Assembly: GCA_963813535.1 (NCBI GenBank)
Contig: CAWEZH010000002.1
Location: 160,001 to 224,000, forward strand
Length of the DNA stretch: 64,000 nt
Origin: an uncultured Chloroflexia bacterium
Lineage (GTDB): Bacteria; Chloroflexota; Limnocylindria; Limnocylindrales; CSP1-4
Direction of reading: 5' to 3'
Positions 38,749-49,543 of the stretch are shown in pieces (within the stretch, counting starts at the first letter, position 1; the number at the start of each line of letters is the position of its first letter). The notes below the pieces were generated by a model. It searched no databases, was not told the origin of the DNA, and saw only the letters and a list, made by a program, of their open reading frames with translations. A program made the position numbers and the translations under genes.

Positions 38749-40095
38749 ATGACCTCAGGGCTCCCGCAGGCCTCACTCCTCGAGAACGTCCGCTTCTCGC
38801 TGACGTACCTGCTGCCGAGCATGCTCCGGGGGCTCGCGATCCCGTTGCCGTTCTGGACCGAGCTGGCGGTTCGGTCTGACAGCGGGCGCGGCGTGGCGGC
38901 GGTCGAGCGTCTGACCAAGCGGTACGCCGGCCGGCCTGTGATGCTTCGAGGCGTCCAGGGGCGAACGCTGCTCATCCTCGCGGCCGACGATGTCCGCCGG
39001 GTCCTGGAGTCACCCGTGTCCCTCTACGGGATGAACGCTGGCGAGAAGCGGCGGCTGTTGTCTCCGTTCGCACCCGATGCGCTCAACGCCTCACCGCCGG
39101 ATCTCCATGCCCAGCGCCGGCCGTTCAACGAGGCCGTGCTTGACTACGGGCACGAGCCCCATCTCCTCGCGGAGCAATTCCTGAGGGTCGTCCGCGAGGA
39201 GGTCACGGCGATGCTGGCGGACGCCGGGGTCCTCGACTACGAGCGGTCGCTCGCAGCCTTTCGAAGGATCGCGCGGCGCTGCGCCCTCGGCGATGCCGCC
39301 GCGGATGACACGGAGCTGAGCGAGGAGCACAGCCGATTGCGCGCGGACGGCGACTGGCTGGGGCTCAAGGTCTGGAATCGACGCAGGAACGCACGGCTCC
39401 GAGCGTCCATGGACGAACGGATCCAGCGATACGTCGCCGCCGCCGAGCCCGGCACGCTCGTCAGTCTCTTCACGTCCGCGCCCAGGGAGGCGGGAACCAG
39501 TCCGAACGGCCAGGTCCCGTTCTGGCTGATGGCGCTCGACGCGGTTCGCATCGCGGTCTTCAACACGCTGGCGCTGCTCAAGACCGATCCCGCCGCGCAC
39601 GAGCGCGCCCTCGCCGAGGTCCGCACGGCGGACACGGCCCATGGGCCGGGCACGGTCGCCGCCCTCGCCGACCTTGCCTTCGTGCGCGCCTGCATGCTCG
39701 ACAGCGTTCGACTGTGGCCCGCGGCAGCAGTGCTCGTGCGAGTCACGGCGGCCGAGACGGAGTGGTATGGCGAGACGCTGCCGATCGGCGCGAAGGTCCT
39801 CATCCCCGTCGCCGCCCACCATCGCGCGCGTCGGTTGCCGCATGCGAACCGGTTCGCACCCGACCTTTGGCTCGACGGCTCGGCAGACGCCGACTGGCAG
39901 ATGAACGTGTTCTCGCGCGGCGGCGCGCAGTGTGCCGGCCGGAATCTCGCCCTCCTACTCGGCACCGCCAGCCTCGCGGAGCTGCTCCGACAGGGGGAGT
40001 TCGAGCTCCTGAAGCCGAAGCTGGTCCCGGGCCGGCCGCTCCCGTACGCGATGAACCCGTTGAACGTCCGATTTGCCGTTCGCGGAACCCGTTGA
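38749..40095 (+). CDS. Cytochrome P450 (atypical motifs)
   Basis: Heme motif FSRGGAQCAG, meander RFAPDLW, DSVRLWP in place of ExxR. Confidence 0.85.
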   Translation: MTSGLPQASLLENVRFSLTYLLPSMLRGLAIPLPFWTELAVRSDSGRGVAAVERLTKRYAGRPVMLRGVQGRTLLILAADDVRRVLESPVSLYGMNAGEKRRLLSPFAPDALNASPPDLHAQRRPFNEAVLDYGHEPHLLAEQFLRVVREEVTAMLADAGVLDYERSLAAFRRIARRCALGDAAADDTELSEEHSRLRADGDWLGLKVWNRRRNARLRASMDERIQRYVAAAEPGTLVSLFTSAPREAGTSPNGQVPFWLMALDAVRIAVFNTLALLKTDPAAHERALAEVRTADTAHGPGTVAALADLAFVRACMLDSVRLWPAAAVLVRVTAAETEWYGETLPIGAKVLIPVAAHHRARRLPHANRFAPDLWLDGSADADWQMNVFSRGGAQCAGRNLALLLGTASLAELLRQGEFELLKPKLVPGRPLPYAMNPLNVRFAVRGTR

Positions 40096-40120
40096 CCTCG
40101 CCGGCCGTGTTGGTTGGGAC

Positions 40121-41887
40121 TCAGCGTGTCGCTTCGGACGGATCCGTGGTGAATGGGCCCTCGACCTCGGTGAAGTTCGGTCCTGAGTCGGTGTAGGGCG
40201 CATCGAAGCCGGACGAGAACAGCGAGATCACCTCGTCGGGGTCCTGGCACTCGTCCACCAACGCCATGTCGATCCACGCCCGGCAGGGCGCTTCCCAGAC
40301 GGCCCAGATGGCAAAGCGTCCCTCGGGCAGTCCGTCTGGGAAGTCGTGGACGAACCACTCGCAGGTCGCCGGTCCGGTCTGGGTCTCGTAGGTGGGTCCG
40401 CACCGGTCGCTCGTCCCGCGCATGACATAGTCGGAGGTGTAGCGGTAGGTGGCCTTGTCCCCGCCGTCGCCCATGCGCGTGACATACAACACGACATCAA
40501 AGCCGTCTCCGAGCGGCTGCTCCCGGTTGTTGATGAACCCTTCGCGGACGTGGAACGGACGGCCAGCCGTCCAGACGCCAGAGCCCATGGTCGGGTTCTC
40601 GGGGTCCATCCAGTGCGCGTCGCGGAAGCACTCCGGCCAGCAGAATTCGAACAGGAAGTCGAGGCGGTCCGGGTTGGGCGCATCGTTGATCGTGCCCAGC
40701 GGCAAGGGTCCCGTACCATCGTCGCCGGGCAGTGCCCCCGCCATGTCTGGAAGCGGGCTGCCGCCCGTCGGCAGGGCCGCCACGTCGTCCGTCGAACGAG
40801 GCGGTGGCGTGGCTTCCGGGGGATTCGCGCGTGTCGCTTCGGACGGATCCGTGGTGAATGGGCCCTCGACCTCGGTGAAGTTCGGTCCTGAATCGGTGTA
40901 GGGCGCATCGAAGCCGGACGAGAACAGCGAGATCACCTCGTCGGGGTCCTGGCACTCGTCCACCAACGCCATGTCGATCCACGCCCGGCAGGGCGCTTCC
41001 CAGACGGCCCAGATGGCAAAGCGTCCCTCGGGCAGTCCGTCTGGGAAGTCGTGGACGAACCACTCGCAGGTCGCCGGTCCGGTCTGGGTCTCGTAGGTGG
41101 GTCCGCACCGGTCGCTCGTCCCGCGCATGACATAGTCGGAGGTGTAGCGGTAGGTGGCCTTGTCCCCGCCGTCGCCCATGCGCGTGACATACAACACGAC
41201 ATCAAAGCCGTCTCCGAGCGGCTGCTCCCGGTTGTTGATGAACCCTTCGCGGACGTGGAACGGACGGCCAGCCGTCCAGACGCCAGAGCCCATGGTCGGG
41301 TTCTCGGGGTCCATCCAGTGCGCGTCGCGGAAGCACTCCGGCCAGCAGAATTCGAACAGGAAGTCGAGGCGGTCCGGGTTGGGCGCATCGTTGATCGTGC
41401 CCAGCGGCAAGGGTCCCGTACCATCGTCGCCGGGCAGTGCCCCCGCCATGTCTGGAAGCGGGCTGCCGCCCGTCGGCAGGGCCGCCACGTGGTCCGTCGA
41501 ACGAGGCGGTGGCGTCGAACGAGGCGGTGGCGTGGCTTCTGGGGAATCCGCGGGAGTGGAGCTCGGACCCACGACGGCCGGAAGGCTGGCGCTGGGGCTC
41601 GCGCTCGTCGTCGGGCTCGGATCGCTGACGGCTGCATTGTCGAGTCTATTCACGTAGAACAGGCCGCTGACCGCGATGACGCCGATGACGACAGCCGCAG
41701 CGACGGGCCAGCGGGTGGACGTTGGCACGATGGTGAACCGCCTCCGGATGCGCACGGAACGCCGCTGCGCGCTGGCCATCGCCGCAGAGGCGATGGTTCC
41801 TGGCTCGAATCGCGCGACGCTCATGTCGGCGTCGGACCGAAGGGCGGCAGCGAGGTTCCGCTCGAACTGGTCGAAGTCAGCCATCAT
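40121..41887 (-). CDS. Membrane-anchored putative anti-sigma protein with duplicated extracellular domain
   Basis: FERNLAAALR N-terminus, TM WPVAAAVVIGVIAVSGLF, start overlaps the stop of the upstream ECF sigma. Confidence 0.7.
   Translation of the reverse strand: MMADFDQFERNLAAALRSDADMSVARFEPGTIASAAMASAQRRSVRIRRRFTIVPTSTRWPVAAAVVIGVIAVSGLFYVNRLDNAAVSDPSPTTSASPSASLPAVVGPSSTPADSPEATPPPRSTPPPRSTDHVAALPTGGSPLPDMAGALPGDDGTGPLPLGTINDAPNPDRLDFLFEFCWPECFRDAHWMDPENPTMGSGVWTAGRPFHVREGFINNREQPLGDGFDVVLYVTRMGDGGDKATYRYTSDYVMRGTSDRCGPTYETQTGPATCEWFVHDFPDGLPEGRFAIWAVWEAPCRAWIDMALVDECQDPDEVISLFSSGFDAPYTDSGPNFTEVEGPFTTDPSEATRANPPEATPPPRSTDDVAALPTGGSPLPDMAGALPGDDGTGPLPLGTINDAPNPDRLDFLFEFCWPECFRDAHWMDPENPTMGSGVWTAGRPFHVREGFINNREQPLGDGFDVVLYVTRMGDGGDKATYRYTSDYVMRGTSDRCGPTYETQTGPATCEWFVHDFPDGLPEGRFAIWAVWEAPCRAWIDMALVDECQDPDEVISLFSSGFDAPYTDSGPNFTEVEGPFTTDPSEATR
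40124..41546. repeat. Near-perfect 705-bp tandem duplication
   Basis: GTGTCGCTTCGGACGG at 40126 and 40831 (offset 705); few substitutions plus an extra 18-bp unit. Confidence 0.95.
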
Positions 41888-42428
41888 CAAGTTCTCCACG
41901 AAGCCGAAGAAGGAGGCGCGAGAGGCGGCCACGAGCGCCGGACGAAGACATCCCGAGCGCGCGCCCGATCTCGTCGGAGCTGAGCTCGGCCACGTAGCGC
42001 AGGGCGATCAGGGCCCGGTCGGTCGGATCGAGGGAGGCGAGAACGCGTCGCAAGTCGGCGTTGGCGATCCCGTCGGCCAACGGGTCCGAGCGGAGATCTG
42101 GCACACCCTCCAGCTCGATATCACCGACGGAGATCTCGTGGATACTCGGCCGGCGCGACCGCATGGTTCGGCGGGCCTCATTCGCGGCGACGGCGACGAG
42201 CCAGCCACGGACATGGGTCGGGTCCTTGACCTCGCCCATCCGGCGCCACGCGATCGCCCACGCCGCCTGAGCCGAGTCCTCCGCCAGGGCGCGGTCCCGG
42301 CAGATGACGTACGCGACCCTCAGCAGATCGTGATGATGACGCGCCACGAGCTCGGTAAACGCCGCCTCGTCCCCCAAGACGGCCGCTCGCACGAGCTCGC
42401 GGGCCTGGATCTCCATCGCGCCCACCAT
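41877..42428 (-). CDS. ECF sigma-70 factor
   Basis: GDEAAFTELV, LAEDSAQAAW, WLVAVAANEA, EIGRALGMSSSGARGRLSR. Confidence 0.9.
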   Translation of the reverse strand: MVGAMEIQARELVRAAVLGDEAAFTELVARHHHDLLRVAYVICRDRALAEDSAQAAWAIAWRRMGEVKDPTHVRGWLVAVAANEARRTMRSRRPSIHEISVGDIELEGVPDLRSDPLADGIANADLRRVLASLDPTDRALIALRYVAELSSDEIGRALGMSSSGARGRLSRLLLRLRGELDDG

Positions 42429-42648
42429 GTCATAGAGATACCGCCAGAAGCCGGATTGATTCAGGAAAGGCCGCGCTTCCCACCGGTGACTGGCCCTGAT
42501 ACGTTGCTCGATCTCGTGTCGGCAAGTGCGTCGATCGACCACATCCGGGAGACGACCCGCGTTGAGCGTCGCAGCCTGACGGCGCGCTGTGGTTGCCATT
42601 CCTCGTACTGCCACCGTCGCTCTAGTCGCCAGATCGCCGGAGGAGAGG

Positions 42649-43486
42649 ATGATGGGCGCGATGAACGCAAGCGCCCAGATCGGTCGCCGCGAACGTTTCC
42701 GCGCCCTGCACCGTCAAGGGCTGTTCGTCATGCCGAACGCGTGGGATATCGGGTCGGCGCGGTTGCTCGCCTCGATCGGTTTCGAGGCGATCGCGACCAC
42801 GAGTTCGGGTCACGCTGCGTCGCTCGGGCGAGCTGATCAGGAGGTCAGTCGTGACGAGCTCCTGAGCCACGTGGAGGCACTCGCCGCCGCCGTCGACGTG
42901 CCACTAAGCGTCGATGCGGAGCGCTGCTTCGCCGATGACCCGGCTGGCGTCGCCCAGACCGTCGAGCTGATCGCGGCCGCCGGGGCGGCCGGCTGTTCGA
43001 TCGAGGACTACGAACCCACCACACGATCGATCGATGACATCGGCGTCGCCACCGAACGCGTGGCGGCGGCCAGCGAGAGCGGCCAGGAAGCATGGGCTGG
43101 TCCTGACGGCTCGCGCCGAGAACCACCTCTACGGCATCGATGACCTCGCCGACACCATCGAACGGCTCCTCGCGTATCGCGCCGCGGGCGCCGACGTCGT
43201 GTACGCGCCCGGACTCGTCGCACCTGACCAGATCGAACGACTCGTCAACGCCGTCGATGCTCCGGTGAACGTCCTCGCCATGCGGGCTTGCCCGTCTGTT
43301 TCCGAGCTCGAGGCGCTCGGCGTTCGACGCGTCTCGACCGGTGGCGGCCTGGCGAGGGTGGCCTACGGAGCGCTGATCGCAGCGGGGCGGGAGCTACAGA
43401 CCCGGGGAACCTACACGTACCTTGATTCGGCCGTCACGACCAGCGATCTGGAGGCGGCATTGGCCGCTGCCCGCCCGCCTGGCTGA
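42649..43486 (+). CDS. Isocitrate lyase/PEP mutase family protein (frameshift ~43078)
   Basis: PNAWDIGSA, ATTSSG, AAGCSIED, LTARAEN, AGADVVYAPG, RRVSTG. Confidence 0.9.
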
Positions 43487-43505
43487 GCCTCCTCCAGCGA
43501 CTCCG

Positions 43506-45128
43506 TCAGAAGCATTCCCGCGCCGGCTTGCCCACCGGGTTCAGCACGGGTTGGTCGATCATCGTCGGCTCGACACAGACCGGTTCGGACGCGGGGCGCT
43601 CGGAAGCGCGCTCGCCGAGCGTGATGTACGCGAAGGCGGCCAGCCCGAGCCCGATCACTCCGGCGATCGCAGCCGCCACGTGCATGCCGTCGACGAAGGC
43701 CGTCCGGGCGACGATGAGGAGCGTATCCGCCGCCCCGGCTGGCAGGGTGCTGGCAACGCCGACCGCCCCACCGAGGGTGTCCCTGGCGGCGGTCGCCGCC
43801 TCCGGCGGAAGGTCCGTGAGAAGGATCGGCTCGAGACCGCCTCGATAGATTGCCAGGCCGACGCTGCCGAGGAGCGCGATCCCGAGTGCACCGCCGAGCT
43901 CGGCACCGGTCTCGCTGATCCCAGACGCGGCCCCGGCACGCTCGGGGGGCGCTGAACCGACGATGAGCTCGGTCGTCAGCCCGAACACCGGGGACAGACC
44001 GAGCGAGATCACGACCGAGGCCACGACCAAGGGCAGCAGTCCATTCGTCGTCCCGACCTGGGTCAGCAGGAAGAGGCCCAACGACCCGAAGGCCAGCCCA
44101 CCGCTGATGAGGTACGCCGGCTTGACGCGCTGGACGATCCGCGGGGCCGCTTGCGAGCCGACGATGAACGCGATCGCGGAGGGCAGCGAGAGCAAGCCCG
44201 CCTGGAACGGCGACAGGTCGGCCACGAGCTGCAGGTACTGGGCGATGAACAGGAAGTAGCCGACGACCATGAAGATCGCGAGGAAGTTGACGACGAGCGC
44301 CGCCTTGAACGTGGGCACGCGGAACAACGCCAGGTCGATCATCGGATCGGCGAGATGCCGCTGGCGGCGTACCCAGAGCACCCCGACGACGAGCCCGATG
44401 ACGATCGCGCCGATCGCGAGCGGTCCGGGTCCCTCCTGGGCGATCTGCTTGAGCCCGAAGATCACCGCGAGGACGGCGCCGATCGCCATGATGGCGCTCG
44501 CGAGATCCAGGCGGCCTGCCTCTGGGTCGCGGTACTCAGGTAGGAGGCGGGGCCCGAGGATGAGGAGCGCCACCATCACCGGGATCGCGAGGAGGAAGAC
44601 CGAGCCCCACCAGAAGAACTCGAGGGCGATCCCGCCAAGCACCGGGCCGATCGCGCTGCCTGCCGAGAAGGCCCCGATCCAGACACCGATCGCGATCGTT
44701 CGTTCTCGCGGGTCCAGGAACATGGCGAAGATCAGCGACAGCGTCGAGGGTGCGAGCGTCGCGCCGGCGATCCCGAGGGCCGCCCGGCTGACGATGAGCA
44801 TCTCCGGCGTCGTCGAGAAGGCACACAGCAGGGACGTGATGCCGAATGCGGCCGCGCCGATGAGCAGGAGCCGTCGGCGGCCGATCCGATCACCCAGGCT
44901 GCCCATCGTGATCAGGGCACCGGCCACGAAGAAGCCGTAGATGTCGATGATCCACAGCAGCTGGGCGCTCGACGGCTGCAGCGCGGCACTCATCTTGGGC
45001 ACGGCGAGATGGAGCACCGTCAGGTCCATCACGTACATGAGTGCCCCGAGTGCGAGCACGACCAGCCCGAGCCATTCGCGTCGGGTGGCCTTCGCGGGTG
45101 GTGGCGCTTCGGTCGTCGTCGCTGTCAC
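43506..45128 (-). CDS. MFS drug efflux transporter (14-TM DHA2, QacA/SmvA-like)
   Basis: MDLTVLHLAVP, LLWIIDIY, GSLGDRIGRRRLL, ELGGALGIALLGS. Confidence 0.92.
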   Translation of the reverse strand: MTATTTEAPPPAKATRREWLGLVVLALGALMYVMDLTVLHLAVPKMSAALQPSSAQLLWIIDIYGFFVAGALITMGSLGDRIGRRRLLLIGAAAFGITSLLCAFSTTPEMLIVSRAALGIAGATLAPSTLSLIFAMFLDPRERTIAIGVWIGAFSAGSAIGPVLGGIALEFFWWGSVFLLAIPVMVALLILGPRLLPEYRDPEAGRLDLASAIMAIGAVLAVIFGLKQIAQEGPGPLAIGAIVIGLVVGVLWVRRQRHLADPMIDLALFRVPTFKAALVVNFLAIFMVVGYFLFIAQYLQLVADLSPFQAGLLSLPSAIAFIVGSQAAPRIVQRVKPAYLISGGLAFGSLGLFLLTQVGTTNGLLPLVVASVVISLGLSPVFGLTTELIVGSAPPERAGAASGISETGAELGGALGIALLGSVGLAIYRGGLEPILLTDLPPEAATAARDTLGGAVGVASTLPAGAADTLLIVARTAFVDGMHVAAAIAGVIGLGLAAFAYITLGERASERPASEPVCVEPTMIDQPVLNPVGKPARECF

Positions 45129-45149
45129 GTCGCTACCTCGAATCGGAAG

Positions 45150-45607
45150 TCAGGATCCCCTGGTGTAGGTCGCGTCCAGCCTCGCCTCGCTGAGGACGTG
45201 GCCCTCCATCGCCGCCCGGACCTCGTCGGCCTTCGGGGCACCCGGGAGCTCGAGCGGGCGTCCAGCGCGACCAGCGTGAACCGGTAGTGGTGGGTGCCCG
45301 ACGGCGGGCACGGGCCGCCCCAGCCGACGCGGCCGAAGTCGTTCGTGCCCTGCGCCGGCGCGTCGGGTGACGACGAGAACCCCTCCGGCAACCCGCCGCT
45401 TCCGGTCGCGTCCATGTCGAACACGACCCAGTGGACCCAACCGCGCGCGTCGGGATCGTCGACGATGAGCGCGAGCGTGACGGCTTTGTCGGTTGTGTCG
45501 GCCCAGTCGAGCGGCGGCGACACGTCGTCGCCGTCGCATGTGTACCTGCCCGGGATCTCGGCGCCTGCCGGAAAGGCCGGGCTGGTCAGCTCGAAGGTCA
45601 TCGTCAC
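45150..45607 (-). CDS. YbhB/YbcL (PEBP) family protein (frameshifted)
   Basis: FELTSPAF, YTCDGDDVSPPL, VDDPDA..WVHW, GPCPPSGTHHYRF. Confidence 0.88.
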
Positions 45608-45683
45608 GCACCTCCTGGACTGACCTTACCCGCTGATGAGCCGCCCTGTTTCACTCGGCGGCCCCGGTCGCCATCATGGGGAG

Positions 45684-47697
45684 GTGGAGCCCGCCGACCG
45701 TTACCCGCTCCTCCTTTCGCCGTTCGAGATGCGCGGACGCCGACTGCGGAACCGCATCGTCTCGACGCCGCATGCGACCGGCTGGAGCCGCGACGGGTTG
45801 ATCGACCGCAGCGAGGTCGACTACCACGTCCGCAAAGCCGCCGGTGGCTGCGGGCTGGTGATGACGTTCGGGTCGGCGTCGGTCGACCCAGGCGACCGAG
45901 GCGTCGTACGGCTCGATCGCGCTGTGGGACGAGCGCAACGAGCCGGCGCTTCGGGCGCTCGCCGACGGCGTCCATGAGCACGGCGGCCTGGTGATGTCGC
46001 AGATGACCCACATGGGCCGACGCGGCACGTCGGTCATCTCGGGCATCCCGCTGCGTGCGCCGTCAGACCTGCCGGAGGGCGTCCACATGGAGGTGCCGGT
46101 GCCGCTCGCGACGGACGAGCTGCCGGCCATCGTCGAGCGATTCGCCGACGTGGCCCGCCGGCTGGAGCGCTGCGGGCTCGACGGCGTCGAGGTCACGTCG
46201 TACGGCGGGCACCTGCTCGAGCAGTTCTTCGACCCGCTGGTCAACACCCGCACCGACGCCTACGGCGGCTCGCTCGAGAACCGGACGCGGCTCGCGCGCG
46301 AGGTGCTGCTGGCCGTGCGGGCGGCCGTGTCCGAGTCGTTCATCGTCGGCTTCCGGATGACGCTCGACCAGTGCCTGACCGGCGGTCTTGGCCCCGGCGA
46401 GATGATCGAGATCGCGCGGAGCCTCGCGTCGACCGGGGCGGTCGATCTCTTCAGCGTCAGCGGCGGCACCGGCGCGACGCGCCTGTCGACCGGCTACTTC
46501 GTCCCCGGCGACATGCTGCCCGAGGGCGTCTTCAACGAGCGGGCGATCCGGTTCCGGCGCGAGGTCGGCGTCCCGACGCTGGTCGCGGGACGGAACGTCG
46601 AGCCGGACCTGGCCGAGGAGGCCCTGGCCGGCGGGGTCGACCTGGTGGCGATGACGCGCGCGCTGATCGCCGACCCGGACCTGCCGGTGAAGGTCGCCGA
46701 TGGGCGGCGCCACCGACCATGCATCGGGCTCAACGACGGGTGCATCGGGCGGCTGTACACGGGTATGCCGATGTACTGCTCGGTCAACCCGGCGGTCCGG
46801 CATCCCGGGCTAGGCGAAGGTCGAGCCGGCCGAGGAGCCGGTGCGCGTCGTGGTCGTCGGGGGAGGGGTGGCCGGCCTGGAGGCGGCGCGGGCTGCCGCG
46901 TTGCGCGGACACTCGGTCGTGGTGTTCGAGCGACGGTCCGGTGCTCGGCGGTCGGGCGCGGCTGGCGGGACTCCGATCCGGACGCGAGCGCTGGCATCGC
47001 TACATCGACTGGCTCCGCGAGGAGGCCGAGTCGGCTGGGGCGGAGATCCGTATGGGTGTCGATGCGGACGCGGACGCCGTCCTTGCGGAGAAGCCCGACG
47101 CGGTCATCGTCGCGACGGGGTCGATCCTTCGGCCCGAGGCGCGGATACCGGGTCCCGTGCCGGTGCTCGATGTCGATGAGCTGCTCGAGGGCGGGGTCGA
47201 GCGTCCTCCCAGACCCGGCCAAGGGCTCCGCGCTGATCCTCGACGACGACGGTCATCAGCTCGCGCCGACGGCTGCCGAGATGCTGGTCGAAACCGGCTT
47301 CGAGGTCGAGATCGCGACGACCTACCCGTCGGTCGGCGCCCTGATCGATGCCACCCAGTCGCCGCTCGTGCTGCAGAAGCTGGCCCGCGACGGTGTGCGG
47401 TTGACGCCGAACGTCGAGGGCGTGTCGAGCTCACCAGGCGGCGTCGTGACCCTCCGCCACCTCTACAGCGAGCAGGAAGAGCAGCGCGACGGCATCGCCA
47501 TCGTCGTGGTCACCGGTCGTCGACGGGGCCTCACGACGCTGCGCGACGAGCTCGCCGTGGCAGCCCCCGACCTCCCGGTCGTCGTGGTCGGCGATGCGCT
47601 TTCGCCGCGAACGCTCCTCGATGCGACCGCTGAGGGAGCGCGAGCAGGTGCGACTGTCGGCGGGCGCGCCCGAAGGGTTCGCCAGTCGATCGCCTGA
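45684..47697 (+). CDS. NADH:flavin oxidoreductase (Old Yellow Enzyme plus FAD domain), frameshifted
   Basis: LRNRIVSTPH, QMTHMGR, GLDGVEV, NTRTDAYGGSLENR, TRALIADP, CIGLNDGC, VVGGGVAGLEAA. Confidence 0.85.
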
Positions 47698-47717
47698 ATG
47701 CCCGCCCGACCGTTCGG

Positions 47718-48882
47718 TCAGGCGAGTGCGCCCCGGGCTTGGCGGTCGGGCGCGACACGGCGACCGTCGGAGAGTGAGCGCGGCTCGCCGTGGGCGATCC
47801 AGTCGGCCGCGAGGGCGCCCATGATCGGCGACATCTGGATGCCAGAGCCGCCACCGCCGACCGCGAGGACGACGGACGGATCGCCCGACGCCGGACCGAC
47901 GATCGGCAGCCCGTCCGGGCTCACTGGATAGAGGCCCGCCCACGCCCGCTCGACCTCGCCGAGCGGCAGGTCGGGCATCCGACGCTCGAGCGCGGCGCGC
48001 GTGTCGGCGAGGTAGTCGTCATCGGCCGCCTGGTCGTACGCATCGGGATCGACGCCCTCGCCGTCGATCTCCTCGCTGTGGAGGCCGGCGAGCACATGAT
48101 CGGCGTCGTCGTAGGTCGCGACGTACAACCCGCGCGTCCCGCTGTGCGGGATGTAGTCCATGACCATCGGCATCACCCGGTCGAGCGGCCGCGCCAGTCG
48201 CCAGATGCCGATCTGGTTGCGAAGCGGGATGACCGGACACGTCGACACCGAGAAGATCGCCGATACGTGCCGCCCAGGGGCCGGCGGCATCGACCACGAC
48301 GTCGGCCTCGACCTCGCCGTCGGTGGTCTCGAGCCGCCAGCCGCGGACGGTCCTCGCCGCGGCCAGCACGCGCACGCCCGTCCTGATCCGGGCGCCAGCT
48401 GCCTCAGCGAGCCCGGCGAGGATCCGGCAGTACGCCGGCCCGTCGATCCGCCCGTCGCGTGGCCCGAACAGCCCGCCGGCCACGCCCCGACCGCGCAGCC
48501 AGGGCACGAGGCCGCGCACACCGTCGGCGTCGAGCACCTGCGCGTCGTCGATGCCGAATGACCCTTGGATCCGCGCGCTCTCTTGGAACGCCGCGAGTGA
48601 CTCGTCGTCGGGCGCGAGCCGGAGATAGCCGATCTCCTTGATCTCGAGACCGTGGTCGCGTTGCAGCCGCCGGAACGTGTGCATGCTCCGCGCCCGCAGC
48701 TCGATGTCGAGCGGGTCGACGTACTGGCTCTCGATGAAGCCCGCCGACCGGCTCGACGACCCGGCGGCCACGTCCGGGCTGGCCTCCAGGACCGTGACGT
48801 CGGTGATGCCACGCTCGACGAGATGCCACGCGGTCGACAGGCCGACGGCGCCACCGCCGATGATCACCACGGAAACGGTCAC
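47718..48882 (-). CDS. FAD-dependent oxidoreductase (DAO/sarcosine oxidase beta-like), frameshifted
   Basis: VVIIGGGAVGLSTA, VDAAGPWA, WAGLYPVSPDGLPIVG. Confidence 0.85.
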
Positions 48883-48976
48883 CGGGCCACCATACCGACT
48901 TCGCGGGACAAGTTCGCCGCTACTCGACGCCATTACCCTTGAACGCGGCCGAGTGGCTGCGTCACCGAGGGTGACC

Positions 48977-49543
48977 GTGGACCAGCGGGACTACGTCGAA
49001 CGTGCGGGCCGAGGCGATCACGACGCCTTCGGCGTGCTCGTTGGCGCGTCCATCGCGCGGCTGGAGGCTGTCGCCCGCCTCATCCTCCGGGATCCGGAGC
49101 TCGCGCGAGATGCGGTCCAGGAGGCGTACATCCGAGCCTGGCGGGACCTCCCGGGATTGCGTGACCCCGAGCGGTTCGACGCCTGGCTCCATCGACTAGC
49201 GGTCAACGCCTGCCTCGACGCCGTGCGCCGTCGCAAACGCCGGCCTATCGAAGTCGAGCTGTCGCCGACCATGTCGCCATTCGCCGGGTCGGCCGGCGAC
49301 GAGGCCGGTCATATCGCCGACCGTGACCAGCTCGAGCGTGGCTTCCGCCGCCTCAGCGCTGATCAGCGGGCCGTGCTGGTCCTGCACTACTACCTCGGCA
49401 TGTCCGCGTCGGCGGTCGCCGAGACCCTCGACATCCCGATGGGCACGGCGCAATCGCGCCTACATCGAGCCCTGACAGAGCTCCGCGCCGCGATCGCGGC
49501 CGACGAGCGCCAGCCAGTGGAACCCAGGACGGTGGTCGCATGA
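48977..49543 (+). CDS. ECF sigma-70 factor
   Basis: GDHDAF, ARDAVQEA, LRDPERFDAWL, QRAVLVLHYY, GTAQSRLHRA. Confidence 0.9.
   Translation: MDQRDYVERAGRGDHDAFGVLVGASIARLEAVARLILRDPELARDAVQEAYIRAWRDLPGLRDPERFDAWLHRLAVNACLDAVRRRKRRPIEVELSPTMSPFAGSAGDEAGHIADRDQLERGFRRLSADQRAVLVLHYYLGMSASAVAETLDIPMGTAQSRLHRALTELRAAIAADERQPVEPRTVVA

Noticed and set aside
45684-48882. OYE oxidoreductase plus sarcosine-oxidase-like gene as a betaine/stachydrine catabolic cluster
   Set aside because: The genes are convergent and the substrate cannot be inferred from motifs alone.
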